A stretch of 64,000 nt of DNA from an uncultured Bacilli bacterium (GTDB lineage: Bacteria > Bacillota_I > Bacilli_A > RF39 > UBA660): positions 5,551 to 69,550 of the forward strand of contig CAJTRV010000004.1 of NCBI GenBank assembly GCA_910578855.1, given 5' to 3'. Positions 48,118 through 57,209 of the stretch are shown here, in pieces. A program made the translations under genes and the position numbers. Below the pieces are notes generated by a model that did not search any database, was not told the origin of the DNA, and worked only from the letters and a program-made list of their open reading frames with translations. Every line of letters starts with the position of its first letter. Positions within the stretch are counted from its first letter, which is position 1.

Positions 48118-48679
48118 AAAATTTTACTTGTGGCACTTCTTTATCCGCTTCAGATGCTTCAAAGAATGCTTCCTGTTTAAATCCAAACATTCCGGCGATA
48201 ATATTAGATGGGAACATTTCTAATTTATTTTTATAGGCAAGTACCGTATCATTATAAAATTGTCTTGCAAATGTTATTTTATCTTCGGTATCCTGTAATG
48301 AAGCTTGTAATTCCATAAAATTGGTATTGGCTTTTAAATCAGGGTAACTTTCCGTAAGAGCAAATAAACGACTCAAGGCACCACTGAGTTCTCCATTAGC
48401 GGCCATTTCATCAACAGGGGTAGTCGCACTCACCGCTTTATTCCGCGCGTTGATCACCGCATCTAATGTTTCTTTTTCATGACCAGCATATCCTTTGACA
48501 GTTTCCACTAAATTAGGGATTAAATCAGCCCGTCTTTTTAAGACAACATCCACTTGTGCCCATTGATCTTTCACTCGATTCCTTAAACGAACTAAGGAAT
48601 TGTAAACTCCCATCGCCCATAGGGCAATTAAGACGATTAAGACAACGATAACAATAACACCAACCATAATTCCATTCAT
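48116..48679 (-). CDS. lemA: LemA-family protein
   Basis: The start is at MNGIMVG (ATG 48679, SD ggagga 6 nt upstream). A TM segment is followed by YNSLVRLRN...QW..V...L.RR.DLIPNLV, which is typical of LemA. Confidence 0.8.
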   Translation of the reverse strand: MNGIMVGVIVIVVLIVLIALWAMGVYNSLVRLRNRVKDQWAQVDVVLKRRADLIPNLVETVKGYAGHEKETLDAVINARNKAVSATTPVDEMAANGELSGALSRLFALTESYPDLKANTNFMELQASLQDTEDKITFARQFYNDTVLAYKNKLEMFPSNIIAGMFGFKQEAFFEASEADKEVPQVKF

Positions 48680-48737
48680 AACAAATCCTCCTTCTATTTT
48701 CATTATATAATAATTTTCTAAAAAAATATAGATAAAT

Positions 48738-48767
48738 TGAATAAAATTGAATTATTTCATCACTATA
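48738..48767 (+). promoter_or_regulatory. Possible forespore (SigG/SigF-type) promoter of sspI
   Basis: TGAATA, a 17-nt spacer, then CACTATA. This is a by-eye match to the GHATR-17/18-CAxxxTA consensus. Confidence 0.35.
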
Positions 48768-48786
48768 ACTTAGAAAGGATGGTTAT

Positions 48787-48990
48787 ATGAATATCGATAT
48801 TAGAAAAAACATCATCGACAATTTTAAAGGATCAGATATTGAGGAGATTAAAACATCGATTGTCTCTTCAATTTCAGAACATCAAGAAATTACATTACCT
48901 GGACTTGGTGTCTTCTTTGAATTACTATGGAACAATAGCGATGAATCAAATCAAACCGAGATATTAAATACCATCAAAAAAGGACTTTAA
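48787..48990 (+). CDS. sspI: Small acid-soluble spore protein I
   Basis: 67 aa: MNIDIRKNIIDNFKGSDIEEIKTSIVSSI...LPGLGVFFELLWN. This matches my recollection of Bacillus SspI (LPGLGVLFEVIW core). Confidence 0.6.
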   Translation: MNIDIRKNIIDNFKGSDIEEIKTSIVSSISEHQEITLPGLGVFFELLWNNSDESNQTEILNTIKKGL

Positions 48991-51900
48991 CAGTCTTTTT
49001 TTGATGCTAATTCTTGATAAGATTGAAAGCGTCGCATCGCATCTTGTTTATTTTGTTCAAACAATTCTTTCGCATGATCAGGATTAACTGTTTCTAACAT
49101 TTGATAGCGAAGCTGACTTCGTAAATAGTTCTCATACTGATCAAAATCGACATTTTTATAATCTAGAAGGAATTTTCCGGTCTCAGGATGCCGATGAAAG
49201 ATTGGGAAATAGCCACAAGTAACCGCCAGTTTTTCACTCGCAATACTCTCCTGCATTCCCCCAATTAGTCCATGGGCAATACATGGGGCATAAGCAATGA
49301 TAATAGATGGCCCATCATAATTAGCAGCCTCCCTCATCACCCGAATTACCTGTTGCATATTGCCACCCAGTGATACTTGGGCAACATAAACATGAGGATA
49401 CATAAGCGCAATTGCTGCCAAATCTTTCTTAGCTAGTTTCTTTCCACTCGAAGTAAATGAGGCAATCGTTCCTTTGGGACTTGCTTTACTAGACTGCCCG
49501 CCAGTATTAGAATAAACTTCAGTATCTAAAACGAGAATGTTGATATTATCACTCCGTGATAAAACATGATCAATCCCACTATATCCAATGTCGTAGGCCC
49601 AACCATCCCCGCCGATACACCAAACTGTCTTGGTCAAAAAATCACTTCGATAATTTTCTAACTCACTTGGTAACTTCATAGTACTTAACGTATGATATAA
49701 TTCTTTTACTTGATCCAAATCATGATGTTGTTCAAGCCATGTTTCAAAAATAGGATATTCCCTTTGATATTTCGCTACCAGTGCTCGCATCCGTTCTTGT
49801 TTTAGCTGTTCTGACAATAAAATTCCATACCCATATTCAGCATTGTCTTCAAACAATGACGATCCCCAGGATACTTGATATGGTAATGTCGGAACACTGG
49901 CTCCATAAATAGACGAGCACCCAGTCGCATTGGCAATCACGAGTTGCTCCCCAAATAACTGTGTTAATAATTTAATATAGGCTGGTTCCCCACAGCCAGC
50001 ACAAGCCCCACAGAATTCAAATTTAGGCTTGCGAAATTGACTTCCCTTGATCGTATATTTATTCCCTACAGGTTTTTCTGTAACATGTTGATTTACATAA
50101 TCAAATATTTCCTGCTCATGATTTCGCTTGCTATCGTCTAAACTAATTTCAGTAAGAGCTTTCGGAATCGCAGGACATGTTTTAATACATAACCCACACC
50201 CGGTACAGTTTTGAATCGATACAGCCAACAAATAGTAATAGTCGGATAAATCTGGTGTTTTGGCCTTTATTGCACGCTGTTTTACAATATCTGGAGCTTC
50301 TTGATACTCTGCCTCTGTTAATAGAAAAGGTCGAATGACACTATGCGGACAGACAAAGGAACATTGATTACATTGAATACAATTGCTGCTGATCCACTCG
50401 GGAACCAAGGCACTGATTCCCCGTTTCATCGTCTCCTTTTCATCATAGTAGAATTTTCCATCGGCCCCTTTAAGAAATGCGCTAGTTGGAAGAAGATTGG
50501 CAGTTCTATTTTGGAGAGCGTTGATCACACTCTTATTGGCAAGATCTAATATTTCAGCATCATCAGTGTCATATATACTAATTCTTGTGATATAGCTAAG
50601 GGCTTGATCAAGCGCTTGAATATTGGCCTCGACAACTTTATGACCTTTTTTATAAAAGTGATGTTGAATATACTGGATTAATTCCTGTTTCATCTCTTCA
50701 TGAGAAAAATCTTCTAATAAAGACAGAATTGCACTTTCCATAATCATACTAATTTTATCTTTTAGACCTAACTTTCGAGCTAGTGCATAAGCATGAATGG
50801 TGTAGCAAGTAATATTTTGATCCCGTAATAACTGCTTATCTTTTGGTGTTAATAAATGATTCAATTCTTCTTCCGTCTTAGCCGTATTAATTAAGACAAT
50901 TCCATTTTTACAAATTCCATGAAAACAATCAAAGTCATCAAGGTAAGTATCTTTACTAATAACCACAATCCGTGGATGTTCAACATAATAAGTTGATCGA
51001 ATAGGATGCTCACTAATTCGTAGATGACTAATCGTTACCCCACCTGATTTTTTAGAATCATATTGGAAATAGCCTTGAATATACTGATTTTTACTAGTTC
51101 CGATTAATTTTAACAAGGACTTACTAGCGCTGATCATTCCGTCACTACCATATCCATAAATGCGCATTTCATGCGATGATGAAATATAAAAATGATGATC
51201 AACTGGCAAACTCAAATGGGTCACATCATCGATAATCCCCACCGTAAAGTTATGAAATGGTTGCTTTCGTAAAAAATCATAGACCGCCTTGATATCAGCC
51301 GGAGTTGTATTTTTACTAGATAATCCATAACGTCCTCCATAAACAGAAATGTTATCTCCTAAGACACTCTTAATATCTAAATATAACGGTTCCCCTACAC
51401 TTCCACTTTCTTTGGTACGATCTAAGACTGCAATTCTTTGAACTGTGGTCGGCAATACTTGTAATAGATACTTCGGACTAAATGGGCGATATAGGTGAAC
51501 GATGATCAACCCTACTTGATATCCTTGTTCATTTAAGACATCAATCGTTTCCTTGATCGTCTCTGTCACCGACCCCATTGCCACGATAATATGCTCAGCA
51601 ACACTCGATCCATAGTATTCAAATGGCTGATAATGCGTCCCCTTAATCCGATTGATTTTAGTCATGTAATCGTTAACTATATCAGGAATTGCATCATATG
51701 CTTGATTTCGTGCTTCCGTAGCTTGGAAGTAAATATCATCATTCTGATTGGTTCCAATAGTATAAGGGGTCTCTCCTAATAAAGAATGAGTTCTAAATTT
51801 CTCTACCTTTTTCTTATTCAATAATGGAGCTAGATCATCACGTTCTAATAAAGTCACAGTAGATAATTCATGACTGGTTCGAAAGCCATCAAAAAAGTGA

Positions 51901-52397
51901 AGAAAGGGCATCCCCGCCTCGATCGCCGCTAAATGACTAACCGCCGCCATATCGCCTGCTTCTTCTGGATTAGATGAAGAAAGCATGGCAAAGCCAGTCA
52001 TTCTTGTCGCATAGACATCTTGATGATCCCCTAAAATACTAAGAGCATGAGTCGATAAACTACGGGCTGCTACATGCATTACACAAGGTAGCATTTCCCC
52101 GGCTATCTTATACATGTTGGGTATCATCAACAATAGACCTTGACTTGCTGTATAGGTAACTCCTAAAGTACCAGCTTGTAAAGCCCCATGCAAAACCCCG
52201 GCAGCCCCTGCTTCACTTTGCATCTCGACTACATGGACCTCGGTATCAAACAAATTTTTCATATTCTGACTGGCAAACGCCTCGACATGCTCGGCCATCG
52301 GACTCGACGGTGTAATCGGATATATGCTAGCAAGTTCTGTAAATAAATAAGAGACCCTTGCTACCGCCTCATTACCATCTATCATTAATTTTTTCAT
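48987..52397 (-). CDS. nifJ: Pyruvate:ferredoxin (flavodoxin) oxidoreductase
   Basis: 1136 aa with two 4Fe-4S motifs (CIQCNQCSFVCPH and CTGCGLCIKTCP) and a TPP-binding motif GGDGWAYDIG. Confidence 0.92.
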   Translation of the reverse strand: MKKLMIDGNEAVARVSYLFTELASIYPITPSSPMAEHVEAFASQNMKNLFDTEVHVVEMQSEAGAAGVLHGALQAGTLGVTYTASQGLLLMIPNMYKIAGEMLPCVMHVAARSLSTHALSILGDHQDVYATRMTGFAMLSSSNPEEAGDMAAVSHLAAIEAGMPFLHFFDGFRTSHELSTVTLLERDDLAPLLNKKKVEKFRTHSLLGETPYTIGTNQNDDIYFQATEARNQAYDAIPDIVNDYMTKINRIKGTHYQPFEYYGSSVAEHIIVAMGSVTETIKETIDVLNEQGYQVGLIIVHLYRPFSPKYLLQVLPTTVQRIAVLDRTKESGSVGEPLYLDIKSVLGDNISVYGGRYGLSSKNTTPADIKAVYDFLRKQPFHNFTVGIIDDVTHLSLPVDHHFYISSSHEMRIYGYGSDGMISASKSLLKLIGTSKNQYIQGYFQYDSKKSGGVTISHLRISEHPIRSTYYVEHPRIVVISKDTYLDDFDCFHGICKNGIVLINTAKTEEELNHLLTPKDKQLLRDQNITCYTIHAYALARKLGLKDKISMIMESAILSLLEDFSHEEMKQELIQYIQHHFYKKGHKVVEANIQALDQALSYITRISIYDTDDAEILDLANKSVINALQNRTANLLPTSAFLKGADGKFYYDEKETMKRGISALVPEWISSNCIQCNQCSFVCPHSVIRPFLLTEAEYQEAPDIVKQRAIKAKTPDLSDYYYLLAVSIQNCTGCGLCIKTCPAIPKALTEISLDDSKRNHEQEIFDYVNQHVTEKPVGNKYTIKGSQFRKPKFEFCGACAGCGEPAYIKLLTQLFGEQLVIANATGCSSIYGASVPTLPYQVSWGSSLFEDNAEYGYGILLSEQLKQERMRALVAKYQREYPIFETWLEQHHDLDQVKELYHTLSTMKLPSELENYRSDFLTKTVWCIGGDGWAYDIGYSGIDHVLSRSDNINILVLDTEVYSNTGGQSSKASPKGTIASFTSSGKKLAKKDLAAIALMYPHVYVAQVSLGGNMQQVIRVMREAANYDGPSIIIAYAPCIAHGLIGGMQESIASEKLAVTCGYFPIFHRHPETGKFLLDYKNVDFDQYENYLRSQLRYQMLETVNPDHAKELFEQNKQDAMRRFQSYQELASKKDC

Positions 52398-52491
52398 AAG
52401 ATCCTCCTTTTAAGCATACGAAAGAAACATTCTATCTATTAATATTTTATCACAAAATTCTATATTATGGGCCCTGGAAACAAGATTTACC

Positions 52492-52517
52492 AAAAAAGAG
52501 TAGCATCATCGCTACTT
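52492..52517 (-). terminator. Rho-independent terminator after sigH
   Basis: On minus the sequence reads agtagc-gatgat-gctact followed by cttttttgg. Confidence 0.6.
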
Positions 52518-52524
52518 TCAATAA

Positions 52525-53151
52525 TTACTTTGTATCTAATTCATCTAAAATATTACGCATTTTCCCTTTGATCCGTTGTAAAGCATTATCGATAGACTTC
52601 GTATTCTTATCTAAAATGCTGGCAATTTCATCATAGGAAAAATGGTTAAGTTTTAATTCAAATACCTGCAATTCAAGATCAGTTAACTGATCTTTGATTA
52701 AATTGGATAAGATATGTTCCCGTTCACTATTTAATAAAACATGTTCTGGATCCGTAGTTTCATCACGTAATAGATAATCAGCATAGACCATTTCATTATC
52801 ATCACCACGCACTTCAAAAGGAACTGATTCATTGAGAATTTTATGTTTCATTCGACGGGTGCTAACAGCTGCAGTAATGATTTTCCGTTCAATACACGTT
52901 TTAGCAAACGTATAAAAAGTAATATTCTTTTTTTCATTAAAGTGATCAATCGCTTTCGATAGACCTAACATCCCTTCTTGAATCAAATCATTGAGTTCGA
53001 GGCCACCATTTTCACAATAAGGAAGCATTTTCTTCGCAAAATTAACAATTAATGGTTTATATTTATCGTATAAAAGAGTTTCTGCTTCATCACTATGTTC
53101 TGCAATCGCATAATTTACCAACTCATAATCATTAAGATCTTTATAATTCAT
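52525..53151 (-). CDS. sigH: RNA polymerase sigma factor SigH
   Basis: 208 aa. DLIQEGMLGLSKAIDHF...FYTFAKTCIERKIITAAVSTRRMKHKILN parallels B. subtilis SigH region 2. The synteny mrnC-rlmB-sigH also supports the call. Confidence 0.8.
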   Translation of the reverse strand: MNYKDLNDYELVNYAIAEHSDEAETLLYDKYKPLIVNFAKKMLPYCENGGLELNDLIQEGMLGLSKAIDHFNEKKNITFYTFAKTCIERKIITAAVSTRRMKHKILNESVPFEVRGDDNEMVYADYLLRDETTDPEHVLLNSEREHILSNLIKDQLTDLELQVFELKLNHFSYDEIASILDKNTKSIDNALQRIKGKMRNILDELDTK

Positions 53152-53157
53152 AAGAAC

Positions 53158-53853
53158 CTACTTTCTAAGTCTTACTGCTTCATAAATAATAATCCCGGCA
53201 GCCACCGAGGCATTTAGACTATTGGTCTTACCCTTCATAGGAATACTGGCAATAAAATCACAGTTTTCTCTGACCATTCGCGCCAAACCGTCACCTTCAT
53301 TTCCTATCACAATCGCACATTTTCCACGATAATCAATATCGCTATAGTCTTCACCCTCCATATCTGTTCCAACAATCCAAAACCCCTGTTTCTTTAAATA
53401 ACGCATCGTATTATTTAGATTGGTTACCTGGGCTATTTTCATATAATCAATCGCCCCCGTACTCACTTTAATAACCGTTGGGGTTACCCCAACAGATCGA
53501 TGTTCTGGAATAATAATTCCATCCACTCCAGCCGCTTCACAAGTACGAATAATCGCACCTAAGTTATGAGGATCTTCTAAATGATCGAGAATGACAATGA
53601 GTGGGTTGTCCCCTTGAATTAGGGTTTCTATTTCATCATACTGAAAATCAGGAACTTGCAAAACAATTCCTTGATGATTTCCTTTAACCATTTGATCCAA
53701 CTGTCTTTTTTCGACATAGCGAATTGGAGCTGCAGTCGTGGCAAGGGCACCTATGACTTCGTTATCCCGAAATTGTTTGGATAAGTAAACCCGTTTTATT
53801 TTCTTGTTCGTCTTAATTGTTTCTAATGCGACATTTTTTCCATAGATATACAT
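53158..53853 (-). CDS. rlmB: 23S rRNA (guanosine-2'-O)-methyltransferase, SpoU/TrmH family (RlmB)
   Basis: 231 aa with motifs DPHNLGAIIRT, VIGNEGDGL and SLNASVAAGI. Confidence 0.85.
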   Translation of the reverse strand: MYIYGKNVALETIKTNKKIKRVYLSKQFRDNEVIGALATTAAPIRYVEKRQLDQMVKGNHQGIVLQVPDFQYDEIETLIQGDNPLIVILDHLEDPHNLGAIIRTCEAAGVDGIIIPEHRSVGVTPTVIKVSTGAIDYMKIAQVTNLNNTMRYLKKQGFWIVGTDMEGEDYSDIDYRGKCAIVIGNEGDGLARMVRENCDFIASIPMKGKTNSLNASVAAGIIIYEAVRLRK

Positions 53854-54230
53854 AATTTTTCTCCTAACATTATTTCCATAATTTCTTGAATTCGATTAAA
53901 GTGACCATTTAGATAATGATACCCAATTAATGCTTCTAAACCAGTTGATTCTTTATAAGTTACAATGTCAGTATGCTTAGGATGACGAGATCCTTTATGA
54001 TTCCTGGCACGTTTCACAATCTGAATCTCTTCGGTTGTTAATGATTCCTGATCTAGTAACATTTTTAAATAACGACTTTGGGCTTTGGCACTAACATATT
54101 GAACAGCTTCTTTCTGAAGATCATTCACTTTACAAAGACCTTTTTTTAATAACAGAGTCCGAATAACAACTTCATAAATACTATCACCAACATAAGCCAA
54201 CGCCAAAACATTTAGGCAATCTGTTTTCAT
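53823..54230 (-). CDS. mrnC: Mini-ribonuclease 3
   Basis: 135 aa with motif LALAYVGDSIYE, which resembles the RNase III signature. It lies upstream of rlmB. Confidence 0.8.
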   Translation of the reverse strand: MKTDCLNVLALAYVGDSIYEVVIRTLLLKKGLCKVNDLQKEAVQYVSAKAQSRYLKMLLDQESLTTEEIQIVKRARNHKGSRHPKHTDIVTYKESTGLEALIGYHYLNGHFNRIQEIMEIMLGEKLCISMEKMSH

Positions 54231-55108
54231 ACAAGTTCCTCAATTCGATCAAAGGTAATTCCTTTTATTAGACCACTTTTCATATCGTTTAAAATGAGAT
54301 TCATCACGCGGTCATAATCAATTTCCCCACCCTGAATCATACATCCTCGACGTTTACCAATGATATCCAACGTGTTAACCATATCTTCTTCATCAATAGT
54401 CGTAATTCCATAACGTGATTCTAACTCCTGAGGATAATAAGTATATAGCATGTTCAAAATGTAACAGACCACATCATAAATAGGCAATACTTCCTCTTTA
54501 ATTGCCGTTAAACTTGCGAGATTAAGGGCAATAGTTTGATCATCAAACTTCGGCCATAGTACCCCTGGTGAGTCTAACAATTCAAGACGCTGATTGATGC
54601 GAATCCAATCCAATGACTTCGTCACTCCAGGACGGTTTCCAACATTGGCAACCTTTTTTCCAACTAAGCGATTGATCAATGTGCTCTTTCCAACATTGGG
54701 AATCCCGACAACAAGGACCCGAATACGTCTTGATTTCATTCCTCTAGCAATCATATCATCCATCTTATCTTGCATCATCGCTTCAGTCTTTTTCACTATT
54801 CCGGTTGTACTTTGTTGATGCTCTAAATCAACCCCCATTACTTGATAACCTAGTTGTTCATAATACCGAATCCAGCGCTCTGTTTCTTTTTTATCACATA
54901 GATCCATCTTGGTCATAATTAACAACTTCGGCTTATTTCCAATAATCGATTCAATATCTTGAATCTTTGATGAGTATGGCATCCGAGCATCGATTACTTC
55001 ATAAACAACATCAATAACACTCATTTTTTCCTTCATAATTCGCTTGGCTTTCGCCATGTGACCGGGATACCAGTTGATTGTCGTATTTTGTCCTTTATTG
55101 TCGTTCAT
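54227..55108 (-). CDS. rbgA: Ribosome biogenesis GTPase A (YlqF/RbgA), circularly permuted GTPase
   Basis: The start is at MNDNKGQNTTINWYPGHMAKAKR (ATG 55108, SD aaggaag). The G4-like MTKMDL precedes the G1 motif GIPNVGKSTLIN. The longer track ORF to 55156 lacks an SD. Confidence 0.88.
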   Translation of the reverse strand: MNDNKGQNTTINWYPGHMAKAKRIMKEKMSVIDVVYEVIDARMPYSSKIQDIESIIGNKPKLLIMTKMDLCDKKETERWIRYYEQLGYQVMGVDLEHQQSTTGIVKKTEAMMQDKMDDMIARGMKSRRIRVLVVGIPNVGKSTLINRLVGKKVANVGNRPGVTKSLDWIRINQRLELLDSPGVLWPKFDDQTIALNLASLTAIKEEVLPIYDVVCYILNMLYTYYPQELESRYGITTIDEEDMVNTLDIIGKRRGCMIQGGEIDYDRVMNLILNDMKSGLIKGITFDRIEELV

Positions 55109-55123
55109 TTGTTTCACTTCCTT
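55070..55123 (-). repeat. Junction A: native rbgA SD plus first 13 codons, the chromosomal member of the repeat family that bounds the cassettes
   Basis: The minus strand reads aaggaagtgaaacaaATGAACGACAATAAAGGACAAAATACGACAATCAACTGG and then continues into rbgA (TATCCCGGTCAC). It aligns with copies B and C up to AACTGG (plus ccagtt at 55070-55075). Confidence 0.7.
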
Positions 55124-55559
55124 TAGATTTATTTTTATATTTAACATATTCTTCAATTTTTTTATTATAGTTCTTTAAATCTTCTACAAATTGAGGCTTA
55201 AATTGATTTAAATAATCAATGATTAAATCAGCATATTCATCAATATTTTCATCATCAACTATATCTATGAGATATTTATTGATTCCTTTTTTAGTATTTA
55301 TTCTTTCTACATAAAAGGCTAACAAATTAGTTGGACCTATTTTTTCTTTTGCTGATAAAACAATAGAAATCAAATTTTCTCTTGATGCATAATATCTCGG
55401 TTTAAATCCATTTGACCTAGAAAATAATATCAAAGTACAACCAATAAATAATTTATCTGAACCATTTTTAGGAAATGTTTTGTTTGCAAATTCAATTAAA
55501 CTTTCTGTATTACCCTGTTCGTAATCATCATATAGTTCCATTAAAATTCTATTTATCAT
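55095..55559 (-). CDS. Hypothetical protein (cassette 1 cargo)
   Basis: 154 aa with SD gaggag upstream of ATG 55559. The last 13 codons read through the rbgA SD and start codon. No motif is recognised. Confidence 0.5.
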   Translation of the reverse strand: MINRILMELYDDYEQGNTESLIEFANKTFPKNGSDKLFIGCTLILFSRSNGFKPRYYASRENLISIVLSAKEKIGPTNLLAFYVERINTKKGINKYLIDIVDDENIDEYADLIIDYLNQFKPQFVEDLKNYNKKIEEYVKYKNKSKGSETNERQ

Positions 55560-55569
55560 TTTATCTCCT

Positions 55570-55845
55570 CTATTTATATAGACTTTTTATAACTCTATTA
55601 ATGCAATCTTTGGCACTTCTGTTATTATTTGAAAAACTAATTTTTACTAATGTCCCATTTACTTTAAAAGCATATGGATTCTTTGTGGAAGCAATAAAAT
55701 CCAATATTCTTTCATTACTAGGTTTTCTTCTATCTATTTTTATATTTGTTATTTCATCCACATCTTCTAATTTTACATCATCAAGATTTACATTTCTACA
55801 TCTTTCTAATTTTTCTGCTAATTCTTTAATATTATATTTATTCAT
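55570..55845 (-). CDS. Small DUF6870-like protein (cassette 1)
   Basis: The start is at MNKYNIKELAEK (ATG 55845, SD ggagtg). The pattern ...DVDEITNIKIDRRKPSNERILDFIASTKNPYAFKVNGTLVKISFS resembles small proteins I recall from Firmicute mobile elements. That assignment is from memory. Confidence 0.5.
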   Translation of the reverse strand: MNKYNIKELAEKLERCRNVNLDDVKLEDVDEITNIKIDRRKPSNERILDFIASTKNPYAFKVNGTLVKISFSNNNRSAKDCINRVIKSLYK

Positions 55846-55927
55846 AAAATCACACTCCATATTAATTATAAAATCAAATACAATTAATGTTAAATGTGCA
55901 ATTTTTTATTATAAATGATAATCTTTA

Positions 55928-56953
55928 CTAATCTTTATTATTTTCTGAAGTTTCTAATAATTTTGTACTTTCAATAAATTTATCGAAGTCAGAAATATAT
56001 AATTGGTCTTGTTTTTCCTTAAACTTATCATACTCTTTATATGCAAGTTCTTGAGCCACTTTATGAGATATTTTTCCTGCATCATGCAGTATTTCTTGCC
56101 CATTAAATTGTAAAAACGCATCCAATTTTTCTACCCAATCTTTCATTGTCATCGCATTATGATTTTCTGCTTGTAATTCAGCATAATCTAAATACATAGT
56201 AACTATTCTATTTAAGTTTTTTAATTCTTTTTCTGTCAAATAATTTTTAGCAATATCAACATCATATTTATAAATCGTTCCATCAGGAGAACCTGTCCAA
56301 TTTGTTAAACCCATATTGTCTTTTTCTGAATCAACTCTATTATAAATAATCTCTGCAGCAGTATTACCAGTGACTGAATAATGAAGTTTATTCTGCACAG
56401 TTTTAAAAAAAGTTTTAGTGATTTCTGAATCTTTATCATAATCAACACTACAAGATGAATATATATCTGTTATCTTTTGGTAAAATCTTCTTTCACTAGA
56501 ACGAATATTTCTAATTCTTTCTAGTGTTCTTTCAAAATAATCTTCTCCAAAAATATAATTTGGATTTTTTAATCTCTCGTCATCCATAACAACGCCAGTA
56601 ATTAAGTATTCTTTTAGAACTTTTGTTGCCCATATTCTAAATTGCGTTGCTTTTTTGGAATTAACTCTATAACCTACAGCAATAATCATATCTAAATTGT
56701 ATATTTTAGATTTTCTTCCACCTGTACTTTCGTCGGAAATTCCGACAGAAGTTTCTTCCTTAAGTTCACCACTATTTAATATATTATTAATATGTTCTGT
56801 TATGGTACTTCTACCTACTCCAAATAATTCAGCAATCAAATTTTGCGTCAACCAAATATCATTATTAATTAATAATACATTCACTTTGATATCATTATTA
56901 TCATCACGATATATTAAAAAGTCGTGGGTAGTTATTTGTAAATTATTTTTCAT
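55928..56953 (-). CDS. RhuM-family protein (N-terminal HTH, conserved RhuM core)
   Basis: 341 aa with motifs WLTQNLIAELFGVGRSTITEHINNI, YNLDMIIAVGYRVNSKKATQFRIWATKVLKEYL, SERRFYQKITDIY and MYLDYAELQA. Confidence 0.75.
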   Translation of the reverse strand: MKNNLQITTHDFLIYRDDNNDIKVNVLLINNDIWLTQNLIAELFGVGRSTITEHINNILNSGELKEETSVGISDESTGGRKSKIYNLDMIIAVGYRVNSKKATQFRIWATKVLKEYLITGVVMDDERLKNPNYIFGEDYFERTLERIRNIRSSERRFYQKITDIYSSCSVDYDKDSEITKTFFKTVQNKLHYSVTGNTAAEIIYNRVDSEKDNMGLTNWTGSPDGTIYKYDVDIAKNYLTEKELKNLNRIVTMYLDYAELQAENHNAMTMKDWVEKLDAFLQFNGQEILHDAGKISHKVAQELAYKEYDKFKEKQDQLYISDFDKFIESTKLLETSENNKD

Positions 56954-57209
56954 TTATTTTCACCGCTTTCTTATGTTCTTAAATGTCGTAATCACCTATC
57001 TAATTTCTATTATAAATAGCGCAAAAATTACTATATTTTTATGAATTTTTATTGTTTTTTATCATTTTTTAATGAAAACATGCAAGATATAAATTGGATA
57101 GTTTCCTTTATTTATAAGGGTTTAAGGGTGTTCTTAATTAAATCGTAATCAACCAGTTTATGTTTGCCTGATTTTGTCGATTTTCATTATTCATTTATTT
57201 CACTTCCTT
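56954..57209 (-). repeat. Cassette-boundary repeat B, containing a decoy rbgA 5' end
   Basis: Positions 57107-57209 match 59039-59141 at 99 of 103 nt; the rest is roughly 80% identical by eye. It contains SD, ATG (57194) and MNNENRQNQANINWLITI* (57138-57194), the core ccagtt at 57153-57158, and two cgtaatc motifs at 56987 and 57144. Confidence 0.8.

Larger units (their letters stand above)
55070..57152 (-). mobile_element. Putative integrated cassette 1 (~2.08 kb): RhuM-family gene, DUF6870-like gene, 154-aa cargo
   Basis: It is bounded by the shared cores ccagtt at 55070 and 57153 and by the repeat family. It looks visibly more AT-rich than flanking housekeeping DNA. Confidence 0.5.

Noticed and set aside
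57138-57194. The 18-codon ORFs MNNENRQNQANINWLITI (also at 59070-59126) as real small genes.
   Set aside because: They mirror the RbgA N-terminus and stop immediately after the recombination core. They are best explained as displaced or imported 5' ends of rbgA, not as independent genes.
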